A DNA stretch of 64,000 nt, taken from NCBI GenBank assembly GCA_964493485.1, contig CAZBMQ010000003.1, forward strand, positions 8,468-72,467. Reading direction: 5' to 3'. How positions within the stretch are numbered: the first letter of the stretch is position 1; each line of letters opens with the position of its first letter. Under the pieces are notes generated by a model. That model ran no database searches. It worked only from the letters and a program-made list of their open reading frames with translations, and was not told the origin of the DNA. Position numbers and translations under genes: made by a program. Below are positions 1 to 8,202 of the stretch, piece by piece. The DNA is from an uncultured Candidatus Saccharibacteria bacterium (GTDB lineage Bacteria; Patescibacteriota; Minisyncoccia; Minisyncoccales; JANBVM01).

Positions 1-1354
1 CTTTTAGTTTTGTCAATAAATCTTTAAAGAACAACTCTGACTGCACAATAGACATCTCAACTATTTTATCAATAGATTTCCCAGCTACTTTTACTGCCAA
101 CACTTCGGGTTTAAGTCTTTTCCCATTACAAACATTGCATCTTTTTTCAACCATATATTTCTTATATTCCTCTCTGGCATGATCTGAGTCAGTCTCATGA
201 AATTTTCTTTCCAGCCACGGAATTACTCCCTCAAAATCAATATCCCCATATAATATAGAATTAACATCTTCTTTAGATAATTCTTTAACAGGGTCGTACA
301 AAGAAAAATTATGGCGTTGTGCTAAATCTTCCAGTTTAGGCCAGAAATATCCCAACGGACCACCTCTTCCAGAAGCATAAGCCCAGGGAGCAATTGCTCC
401 TTCTGCAATCGACAGATTTGGATTAGGAATTACTCTTTCAGGATCTGCTTTTAATTTTTCACCTAACCCCTGACATGCAGGACATGCGCCATAAGGAGCA
501 TTAAATGAAAAAAGTCTTGGTTCTAATTCAGGCAAGGAAATACCGCATTCTTCACAGGCAAAATGCTCACTAAATATTAGATCCTGATATCCTCGAGGCT
601 TAAGGTTTGATGACAACTTCTGACTTACAATAACAATCCCTTTGCCCAACTTCAGTGCGGTCTCCAAAGAATCAACCAGCCGGGTTCTGTCTAGATTTTC
701 ATCCAAAACCAATCTATCCACCACTACCTCTATATTGTGTTTTTTATATCTTGCAAGTTTTAATTCCAAAGCTTCCTCTATACGATAGATTATTCCATCA
801 ATCCTCACTCTCACGAATCCGCTTCTCTGAATCTCTTCTAAAACCCCATGATACTCTCCTTTTTTTCCTCTTATCACAGGTCCTAAAATTATAATTTCAC
901 CAGGCTTTTTCTTTTCAGTTTTCAACTCTAAAACCTGTTCTGTAATTTGGTCAATTGTCTGCCTTTGAATCTTTCTCCCGCATTTAGGACAATGAGGAAT
1001 GCCTATTCTTGCAAAAAGCAGTCTTAAATAGTCATAGATCTCTGTGATTGTACCCACAGTAGATCTTGGGTTATGGGAAACAGTCCTTTGGTCAATTGAA
1101 ATAGCAGGAGAAATGCCTTCAATTTTATCCACATCGGGTTTTCTCATTATACCTAAAAACTGCCTGGCATAGGCAGAAAGAGATTCTACATATCTTCTCT
1201 GTCCTTCGGCATACAAAGTATCAAAAGCCAAAGAGGTCTTACCAGAGCCTGACACTCCAGTTATTGCAATGAGTTTATTTTTTGGAATATCTAAATTAAT
1301 ATTCTTTAGATTATGAACCCTGGCCCCTCTGATTTTAATAAAATTTCCAGACAT
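1..1354 (-). CDS. uvrA: Excinuclease ABC subunit A (UvrA), N-terminal ~451 aa; continues beyond window start
   Basis: Manual minus-strand translation from the ATG at 1354: MSGNFIKIRGARVHNLKNINLDIPKNKLIAITGVSGSGKTSLAFDTLYAEGQRRYVESLSAYARQFLG. Contains a Walker A motif, the UvrA signature and a CxxC zinc finger (HCPKCGRKI). Open to position 1, so absent from the complete-ORF track. Confidence 0.9.
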   Translation of the reverse strand, partial: MSGNFIKIRGARVHNLKNINLDIPKNKLIAITGVSGSGKTSLAFDTLYAEGQRRYVESLSAYARQFLGIMRKPDVDKIEGISPAISIDQRTVSHNPRSTVGTITEIYDYLRLLFARIGIPHCPKCGRKIQRQTIDQITEQVLELKTEKKKPGEIIILGPVIRGKKGEYHGVLEEIQRSGFVRVRIDGIIYRIEEALELKLARYKKHNIEVVVDRLVLDENLDRTRLVDSLETALKLGKGIVIVSQKLSSNLKPRGYQDLIFSEHFACEECGISLPELEPRLFSFNAPYGACPACQGLGEKLKADPERVIPNPNLSIAEGAIAPWAYASGRGGPLGYFWPKLEDLAQRHNFSLYDPVKELSKEDVNSILYGDIDFEGVIPWLERKFHETDSDHAREEYKKYMVEKRCNVCNGKRLKPEVLAVKVAGKSIDKIVEMSIVQSELFFKDLLTKLK

Positions 1355-1444
1355 AATCGTTATTATATCCTAAATTAAAAAACTTTTCAATAATAAAGTC
1401 TTATTAAAAAATAAGTCAGTGAAACCACTGACTTTATAAATGTG

Positions 1445-1762
1445 CTAAGAATATTCATATACATCAGAAAAAATCACCCGGATATTCCATGGCAATTTGT
1501 TTATTTCTGAACTCAAAAGACTCATTTCTCCTTCTGTGAAAGAAAATCCATGCTTTCCTTCTACTTTTCCTTTTACTTTTCGAATAAAATCTAATTCTAT
1601 CTCTAAGTGAGGTTTTTCTTCCATCAATTTCTGCATAGTGATCCTTGCCTCATTTGAAATCTTTTTCAAAACTTCAATATCTTGATATCTCTCCGGTATC
1701 ACATATCTGACAACTATACTCTTTTCTGAAAACACGATCTCTGGCTCTTCCACTCTTTCCAC
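1445..1762 (-). CDS. Hypothetical small protein (105 aa) with no recognisable motif, sitting divergent between uvrA and uvrC
   Basis: ORF track only; position between uvrA and uvrC on the minus strand; no motif recognised. Confidence 0.3.
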   Translation of the reverse strand: MERVEEPEIVFSEKSIVVRYVIPERYQDIEVLKKISNEARITMQKLMEEKPHLEIELDFIRKVKGKVEGKHGFSFTEGEMSLLSSEINKLPWNIRVIFSDVYEYS

Positions 1763-1854
1763 CTTTTTTTGTTAATATTATATTTCTTGCCTATTTTGAA
1801 AATTTGTCAAGCTCTTAATTGAAAACAGCAATATTTTTAAGTAGAATTTACAGT

Positions 1855-3123
1855 ATGGAAAGGTTTAAATTTCTTAAAAAAGAAGAGGTTTCAAATCTGC
1901 CAAAAACTTCTGGAGTGTATGCCTTTAAAAGCAAAAGGGAAATTTTATATATTGGAAAAGCAATTAACATTAAAGAAAGAGTGAAAAATCATTTTCAAAA
2001 GTCAAGCTTTAGAGACAATCTATTCATAGATAAAGTAGAGAATGTGGGATTTATTAAAACAAATTCTGAAATCGCAGCTTTAATCTTAGAGGCAAATTTA
2101 ATCAAAAAGTATCAACCAAAATATAACATTATGTGGAGAGATGATAAGAATTTTTTTTATGTTGGCATCACAAAGCAGAATCTACCCAGGATATTTATCA
2201 CACATCAGATCAAAAAAGAAAAAATAAAAAATGGAAAGCAAACTGTGTTTATAGGACCATTTGTCGACGGCACCAGCCTAAAAAAAACATTAAAAATACT
2301 CAGAAAAATATTTCCCTACTATACAGTAAAAAAACATTCAAGGCTTCCTTGCACCTGGTGTCATTTAGGGCTTTGTCCCGGACCTAATCCAGATGAAAAA
2401 AAATACAAAAAAAACATCAAAAATCTAATTTCTATCTTAAAAGGAAAAAGCGCCCCTGTTTTAAAAAGTTTAAAAAAAGAAATGAAAAAAGCAGCTAAGC
2501 TGCAGGAATACGAAAAGGCTGCAGGATTAAGAGATAAAATCCAAGCCCTACAAAGGACCATCTCGCATGCTAAGATTTTTGAAGAAATAAAAGCAAAAAA
2601 AGATAAATGGGAAAAAATAGAAAAAGAGCTTAAAAAAATCTTAAAAACAAAAAAGAAAATCTTAAGAATTGAAGCCTACGATGTCTCAAATATCCAAGGG
2701 CAAAAAGCTACTGGTTCCATGGTAACATTCATTCAGGGAAATCCAGAGAAAGATTTCTACCGAAGATTTAAAATAAAGTCTATAGATAAACCAAATGACA
2801 TAGCTATGATAGAAGAAGTGTTAGAAAGAAGATTTAAGCATTTGGAATGGAAAATGCCAGATGTGATTTTAATTGATGGAGGCAAAGCCCAATTAAACAT
2901 TGCAATAAAAACAAAAAACAGAAATAGGAAAACAAAGAATATAAGTGTGATAAGTCTGGCAAAAAAACAAAATAAGTTGTATATTGAAAATCGAAAAGAT
3001 CCGATATTATTAAAAAAACTATCAAAAGAGGTTGCTGATTTAATTCTACAAATAAGAGACGAAGCTCATAGGTTTGCAATCACTTATCACAGAAAATTGC
3101 GAAAAAAGGAGTTATTTGGGTAA
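1855..3123 (+). CDS. uvrC: Excinuclease ABC subunit C (UvrC), short form lacking the C-terminal HhH2 domain
   Basis: GIY-YIG motif (SGVYAF...ILYIGKA...NHF). UvrB-interaction motif (LQEYEKAAGLRDKIQALQ). Endonuclease-V/RNaseH-like block (RIEAYDVSNIQG...ILIDGGKAQL...DEAHRFAITYHRKLR). The ATG at 1855 (MERFKF) is preferred over the TTG at 1819 in the ORF track. The protein ends directly after the RNaseH-like block. Confidence 0.8.
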   Translation: MERFKFLKKEEVSNLPKTSGVYAFKSKREILYIGKAINIKERVKNHFQKSSFRDNLFIDKVENVGFIKTNSEIAALILEANLIKKYQPKYNIMWRDDKNFFYVGITKQNLPRIFITHQIKKEKIKNGKQTVFIGPFVDGTSLKKTLKILRKIFPYYTVKKHSRLPCTWCHLGLCPGPNPDEKKYKKNIKNLISILKGKSAPVLKSLKKEMKKAAKLQEYEKAAGLRDKIQALQRTISHAKIFEEIKAKKDKWEKIEKELKKILKTKKKILRIEAYDVSNIQGQKATGSMVTFIQGNPEKDFYRRFKIKSIDKPNDIAMIEEVLERRFKHLEWKMPDVILIDGGKAQLNIAIKTKNRNRKTKNISVISLAKKQNKLYIENRKDPILLKKLSKEVADLILQIRDEAHRFAITYHRKLRKKELFG

Positions 3124-3208
3124 TCCTCGCCTACTATACTTGTTAAATTAATTATTTCTTGCTATTATCTTAAAAGATACCCAAAATATCTTTTTTTGAA
3201 TAAAAATT

Positions 3209-3592
3209 ATGTTAGAACGATTATTTTGGTATATCATAGCTGGAATCCTGTCAATCTTTCTTGCAACAAAGTTCGTACCCGGGGTAAGTTTAGAGATAAT
3301 CCCCGGGCAAAGTGTTTATTTTGGAATAGAACTAACAGAACAATGGCATATTCTTTTTTTGGTTGGAGGAATCTTGGGTTTTATTAATTGTTTTATCAAA
3401 CCGATCTTAGACAAAATTACTATACCACTGAAGATCTTGACTTTGGGTTTATTTTCTTTAATCCTTAATATGATGCTTATTTGGTTTCTGGATATATTGT
3501 TTCCAGAACTCCAGATCTTGGGCATTGCCGCTTTATTCTTTACTACAATCATAGTATGGATAATTAATTTTCTTTTAGGGGTGAGGAAATAA
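3209..3592 (+). CDS. Small 4-TM membrane protein, DUF360/PF04020-like ('phage holin 4-2' family)
   Basis: 127 aa, four hydrophobic segments, family-like core PLKILTLGLFSLILNMML. Confidence 0.5.
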   Translation: MLERLFWYIIAGILSIFLATKFVPGVSLEIIPGQSVYFGIELTEQWHILFLVGGILGFINCFIKPILDKITIPLKILTLGLFSLILNMMLIWFLDILFPELQILGIAALFFTTIIVWIINFLLGVRK

Positions 3593-3621
3593 TCTCTCTT
3601 TTACCATACTCATATTGATTT

Positions 3622-3837
3622 ATGAAAGAAATCTTGCTAATCTCTCAAATCATAGTCTCTATATTCTTAACCATTTTAATTCTTTTACAGCAAAGAGGCG
3701 GGGCTTTGGGTTCTGCATTTGGAGGAAGCGGAGAGTTCTATGCCTCAAGAAGGGGAATAGAAAAGAAAATATTTATTGCCACAATAGTATTGGGGATTGT
3801 CTTTGTGGCTTTGGCTTTGTTGAATCTTATTATATAA
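3622..3837 (+). CDS. secG: Preprotein translocase subunit SecG
   Basis: 71 aa, two TM segments, signature LLQQRGGALGSAFGGSG between them. Confidence 0.8.
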   Translation: MKEILLISQIIVSIFLTILILLQQRGGALGSAFGGSGEFYASRRGIEKKIFIATIVLGIVFVALALLNLII

Positions 3838-3847
3838 TCAATTTACT

Positions 3848-5860
3848 ATGTCTAAACGCTGGCCTTCGAAAAAACAATGGAGGCAATTTTTTAAAGTTTT
3901 GAAAAAAGAAGAAAAAATTATTTTCTCTATTTTGCTTGCCTTGTTCTCAGGCTCTCTTTTATATCTTTTGGTTAATTTTTATTTTGAACAAACAAAAATA
4001 GCGCCAGCACCTGGAGGAATATATGTAGAAGGTGTGGTTGGTTTCCCAAGATTTATAAATCCTGTATATGCCACAATTTCAGATGTAGATAGAGACCTGA
4101 CAGAACTTATCTTTTCTGGATTAATGAAATATGATTTACAAAATAAACTCCAATTAGATCTGGCAAAAGAATATAAAATACTGGAAGACGGAAAGGTGTA
4201 TGAATTCACCTTAAAAGAAAATCTAGTATGGCAGGACTCACAACCCCTTACTGCAGACGATGTGATATTCACAATAGAAACAATACAGAACGCAGAGATT
4301 AAAAGTCCTTTGAGAACAACTTGGCTGGGAGTGGAAATAGAAAAAATTTCTGACCTTACTTTGCGCTTTAGACTTAAAAATGAATCTTCAATTTTCTTGG
4401 AAAACTGTACTTTAAAGATAATACCAAAACACATCTGGGAAAATGTTTCAGCTTCAAACTTCTCCTTGAGTCCGTTGAACTTAAATCCAGTGGGCTCAGG
4501 ACCCTATAAATTGGAAAATCTGTTCCAAGACGATGACGGAAAGATAATCTCTTTAGATTTAGTAAGAAATCCTTTATACTTTGATAATCCTCCATATCTT
4601 TCCAAAATCTCTTTCAGATTCTTTAGTTCAGAAAAAGAATTAATTTCAGCCTATGGAAAAGGAGAAATAAAAGGGTTTGCATTAAATTCTATTGATACCA
4701 TTCCTGGATGCAATCTTGATCCAAATTCAAGCAATATCTGTGAAAGCGGAAAGATTTATTCGTTTACCCTTCCTAGATATTTTTCGGTGTTTTTCAATCC
4801 TAAAAACTCAAAAGCGCTTTCAGAAAAAAATGTAAGAATCGCACTAAACTATGCCACAAACAAAGAAGAAATCTTAAGCAATCTCTTTGCAAACCAAGGA
4901 AAAATTGTTCATTCCCCTATCTTGCCTGAAATCTATGGATTCAAAAACCCTACAGAAATTTATGAATACGATGCAGAAAAAGCCAATGAGATTTTAGAAA
5001 AAGCTGGATTCTTAACAAATGAAGACGGTTTTAGAGAAAAAACAATAAAGAAAACTCCTGCCTTTACTTTTAAAAGTACTCTTTCTGTAGGATCGAGAGG
5101 AGAAGAGGTCACAGAACTTCAGAAGTGTTTGGCTAATCCTCCAGCAGGAGGACCTGATATATATCCTGAAGGAAAAATCACTGGATATTTTGGCTCCCAA
5201 ACAAAAGCTGCTGTGATAAGATTTCAAGAAAAATATGCTAAAGATATCTTAGAACCATTTGGCCTAAAAAGCGGAACAGGACAAGTAAAAGCAAAGACTA
5301 GAGAAAAACTAAATGAGGTGTGCTTTGAAAAACCAGAAGAAAAGATTCCTTTAAAATTTTCTCTTATTACTGTGGACCAGCCAACTCTTAAAAAAGTGGC
5401 TGAAAATTTAAAAGAACAATGGGAAAAAGTAGGTGCTCAGATAACAATTAAAACATTTGATATTAATACACTAGAAAGGGAGGTTCTTAGAAAAAGAGAT
5501 TTTGAAGCCCTGTTGTTTGGAGAAGTATTAGGGGCTATACCAGATCCATTTCCCTTTTGGCATTCCTCTCAAAAAGGAGAATTAGGGCTGAATCTGGCTA
5601 ATTATGAAAATAAGGAATCTGACAAACTTTTAGAAGACAACAGGAAGTCATTAGATCCCGAAGAAAGAAGAGAAGATCTTGAAGAATTTCAAGAAATTTT
5701 AATAAAAGATTGTCCTGTTGTGTTTTTATATAATCCAGATTATCGCTATTTTGTGTCTAAAGAAATTAAAGGAATAAAGGAAGGGACAATTGTTGACCCG
5801 TCAAAAAGATTTATTGATATAGAAGAATGGTATATCAAAACAAAAAGAGTGTGGGACTAA
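3848..5860 (+). CDS. Membrane-anchored solute-binding-protein family 5 (OppA/DppA-like) protein with an inserted peptidoglycan-binding (PG_binding_1) domain
   Basis: N-terminal TM anchor. SBP_bac_5-type blocks on both sides of the insert. The insert LSVGSRGEEVTELQKCLAN...GKITGYFGSQTKAAVIRFQEKY...KSGTGQVKAKTREKL matches the PG_binding_1 pattern. No ABC permease or ATPase genes are adjacent. Confidence 0.7.
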   Translation: MSKRWPSKKQWRQFFKVLKKEEKIIFSILLALFSGSLLYLLVNFYFEQTKIAPAPGGIYVEGVVGFPRFINPVYATISDVDRDLTELIFSGLMKYDLQNKLQLDLAKEYKILEDGKVYEFTLKENLVWQDSQPLTADDVIFTIETIQNAEIKSPLRTTWLGVEIEKISDLTLRFRLKNESSIFLENCTLKIIPKHIWENVSASNFSLSPLNLNPVGSGPYKLENLFQDDDGKIISLDLVRNPLYFDNPPYLSKISFRFFSSEKELISAYGKGEIKGFALNSIDTIPGCNLDPNSSNICESGKIYSFTLPRYFSVFFNPKNSKALSEKNVRIALNYATNKEEILSNLFANQGKIVHSPILPEIYGFKNPTEIYEYDAEKANEILEKAGFLTNEDGFREKTIKKTPAFTFKSTLSVGSRGEEVTELQKCLANPPAGGPDIYPEGKITGYFGSQTKAAVIRFQEKYAKDILEPFGLKSGTGQVKAKTREKLNEVCFEKPEEKIPLKFSLITVDQPTLKKVAENLKEQWEKVGAQITIKTFDINTLEREVLRKRDFEALLFGEVLGAIPDPFPFWHSSQKGELGLNLANYENKESDKLLEDNRKSLDPEERREDLEEFQEILIKDCPVVFLYNPDYRYFVSKEIKGIKEGTIVDPSKRFIDIEEWYIKTKRVWD

Positions 5861-5864
5861 AATA

Positions 5865-6470
5865 ATGAATAAAACAAAGAAAATTGAAAAAATAAAAGGA
5901 ATAAAACCTGACATTAGATATCTGAATGACATGAGAAAAGTTCTTTATGATAAAGAATGGCAAAAGACTGCTCCTAATCTTGAGCTTTACTATATGTACA
6001 GAGGGATAAAAGAAAAAAACGGGCTTAGATACGACATCACAATAATTCCTCCAAAAATGCTTGGGAAAGAGTTTGTAAAAACAAAAGGACATTATCATAA
6101 AGGAAGTTATGGAGAATTATATATCGTTTTAGAAGGAAAAGCCATTTATTTAATGCAGAAAGAAAAAAATGGAAAGATTGAAGATGTCTATTATGTCAAA
6201 GCAAAAAAGGGGGATTTTGTTCCAATCCCGCCCTATTACGGTCATATCACTATAAATCCATCTTATGAAAAATTAAAAATGGCAAATTGGGTATCAAAAG
6301 AATGCAAATCAGATTATACTCCAATAGGAAAGAAAGGAGGGGCATGTTATTTTTATACTAAATCTGGTTGGATAAAGAATAAAAATTACAAAAATGTTCC
6401 TAAGCTCCATTTTAAAAGGCCGAAGAAATCATTTCCTAAAAATTTAACATTTCTTTACGGCGTATCATAA
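5865..6470 (+). CDS. Cupin-type (archaeal-type) glucose-6-phosphate isomerase-like protein
   Basis: Cupin metal-site pattern TKGHYHKGSYGELYIV (HxH...E) plus downstream PPYYGHITINP (His). Size ~200 aa. Lies next to galU, an NTP-transferase and pgm. Confidence 0.55.
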   Translation: MNKTKKIEKIKGIKPDIRYLNDMRKVLYDKEWQKTAPNLELYYMYRGIKEKNGLRYDITIIPPKMLGKEFVKTKGHYHKGSYGELYIVLEGKAIYLMQKEKNGKIEDVYYVKAKKGDFVPIPPYYGHITINPSYEKLKMANWVSKECKSDYTPIGKKGGACYFYTKSGWIKNKNYKNVPKLHFKRPKKSFPKNLTFLYGVS

Positions 6471-6474
6471 AAAT

Positions 6475-7311
6475 ATGACAAATAAAATTAAAAAAGCTGT
6501 TATCCCAATAGCTGGATTGGGAACAAGATTCTTGCCTCTATCAAAAATTATTCCAAAAGAATTCTTTCCTTTAGGGACGAAACCTGTAGTGCAATATGTG
6601 GTCGAAGAAGCTCTAAAGGCAGGAATAGAAGAAATTATATTTGTCGTATCTCCTAAAAAAAAGAATATCTTTAGAAAATATATATTAAAATACTTTCAAG
6701 AGGAAAAAGAACTTTTAAGAATTTTAAAAAGAAGGAAAAAAGAAAAAGCATTAAAAGCTCTTAATGAAATTCCAAAGATAAAATATAGATATACAATCCA
6801 GAAAAAACCTCTTGGAGATGGTGACGCAATACTAAGGGCTGAAAAACTCGTGGGGAAAGAACCTTTCTTGGTTCTCTTTGGCGATGATGTATCATGGGGA
6901 GAAAAAGGAATGCCTACACAACTTGTGGAAGCCTTCAATAAAATAAAAAAGCCTCTCTTGTGTCTCTATAAAATGCCAAAGAATAAACTCTCTGCATATG
7001 GAGTTCCTAAGGTTGAAAAAGTAAAAGATAGAATATATAGAATTAAAGACCTGATAGAGAAGCCTAAAAAGAATCCTCCTTCGGATTTTGCGCTTGTTGG
7101 CAACTATGTGCTAACACCTGATGTCTTTGATTATCTCAAAAAAACCCAACCAAAAAATGAAGAAATAATTTTAGCTAATGCTCTAAGAAAAATGATTGAA
7201 GAAGGGAAAGATATATTTGGCCTCTGGGTTAAAGGAAGATGGTTAGAGTGCGGAGATAAAGAAAAATGGATAAAGAGCTTTATATTTCTAACCAAATCAA
7301 AGAAAAAATGA
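6475..7311 (+). CDS. galU: UTP--glucose-1-phosphate uridylyltransferase
   Basis: N-terminal KAVIPIAGLGTRFLPLSKIIPKEFFPLGTKPVVQYVVEEA, the classic GalU signature. Confidence 0.85.
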   Translation: MTNKIKKAVIPIAGLGTRFLPLSKIIPKEFFPLGTKPVVQYVVEEALKAGIEEIIFVVSPKKKNIFRKYILKYFQEEKELLRILKRRKKEKALKALNEIPKIKYRYTIQKKPLGDGDAILRAEKLVGKEPFLVLFGDDVSWGEKGMPTQLVEAFNKIKKPLLCLYKMPKNKLSAYGVPKVEKVKDRIYRIKDLIEKPKKNPPSDFALVGNYVLTPDVFDYLKKTQPKNEEIILANALRKMIEEGKDIFGLWVKGRWLECGDKEKWIKSFIFLTKSKKK

Positions 7312-8009
7312 AGGGATTCATTTTAGCAGCAGGAGAAGGCACAAGGCTCTATCCTCTCACGCTGGAAATACCAAAACCCTTACTGCCGGTAGGGAAAATT
7401 CCAGTAATCACATATCTGGTAGATTTATATTTAAAATATGGAGTGAATGATATCAAAATAAATATCCAGCAAAAACATCTTGAAGATTTTTATAAATGGA
7501 AGGCTACATATTTCCCAAGAGAAAAAATTGAATTTATTGTAGAACCAAAACCTTCAGGCACATTCACTCCAATCGCTAAAAAATTAGACCCTAAATGGTT
7601 TTCGAGAGCAATAGTAGTATCAAACGGAGATGAATTAAAAGAACTCAATCTTAAAAAAATGATAGACTTTCACAAGAAAAAGAAAGCTTTGGTTACAATC
7701 GGACTAGTAAAAGTAAAAGATCCAGGAGCCTATGGCTCTGTAAAAGTAAAGAATGACAAAATTATAGAGTTTAGTGAAAAAACAGAAAAACCTCTCTCAT
7801 CGTATATCAACTCCGGGCTTTATATAATGAATCCCGGAATTAGAAAATACTTCAAAAAGGGAGCTACTTTTTCAATGCTGGAAACAGATCTGTTTCCAAA
7901 ATTAGCAAAAGAAAGAAAATTGTTTGGATATAAATGGAAAGGAAAATGGCAAGATGTAGGCACCTGGAAACGATGGGAAGAAGCAATAAAGCATTGGAAC
8001 AAAAAATAA
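7308..8009 (+). CDS. Sugar-phosphate nucleotidyltransferase (glucose-1-P thymidylyl/mannose-1-P guanylyl-transferase-like)
   Basis: MKGFILAAGEGTRLYPLTLEIPKPLLPVGKIPVITYLVD is the NTP_transferase G-x-G-T-R motif. The in-frame ATG at 7308 is preferred over 7266, which overlaps galU. Confidence 0.7.
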   Translation: MKGFILAAGEGTRLYPLTLEIPKPLLPVGKIPVITYLVDLYLKYGVNDIKINIQQKHLEDFYKWKATYFPREKIEFIVEPKPSGTFTPIAKKLDPKWFSRAIVVSNGDELKELNLKKMIDFHKKKKALVTIGLVKVKDPGAYGSVKVKNDKIIEFSEKTEKPLSSYINSGLYIMNPGIRKYFKKGATFSMLETDLFPKLAKERKLFGYKWKGKWQDVGTWKRWEEAIKHWNKK

Positions 8010-8017
8010 TACTCCTG

Positions 8018-8101
8018 CCCAGGTGGTGGAACTGGCAGACACGTTAGCTTCAGGAGCTAATGCTCGCAAGAGCTTGGGAGTTCGAATCTCCCCCTGGGCA
8101 C
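8018..8101 (+). tRNA. tRNA-Leu (anticodon CAG), class II with long variable arm
   Basis: Acceptor GCCCAGG/CCTGGGC. Anticodon stem GTTAGC/GCTAAT with loop TTCAGGA. Variable arm GCTCGCAAGAGC. T-loop GGAGTTCGAATCTCC. Discriminator A. No encoded CCA. Confidence 0.85.
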
Positions 8102-8202
8102 AGTTTACATAAACTAAGATCCTAAATCTCTAAATAATAGTATAAAATCCAATCTTCGATGGATTTGGAATACTTTATTTAGAATTTAGATTTAAAACTC
8201 TT

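Noticed and set aside
655-894. 79-aa plus-strand ORF
   Set aside because: It is antisense to, and fully inside, the uvrA coding region; no support.
7266-7310. Upstream ATG (7266) for the second nucleotidyltransferase, overlapping galU by 46 nt
   Set aside because: The conserved N-terminal G-x-G-T-R motif begins right after the ATG at 7308. The upstream extension (MDKELYISNQIKEK) is not part of the fold.
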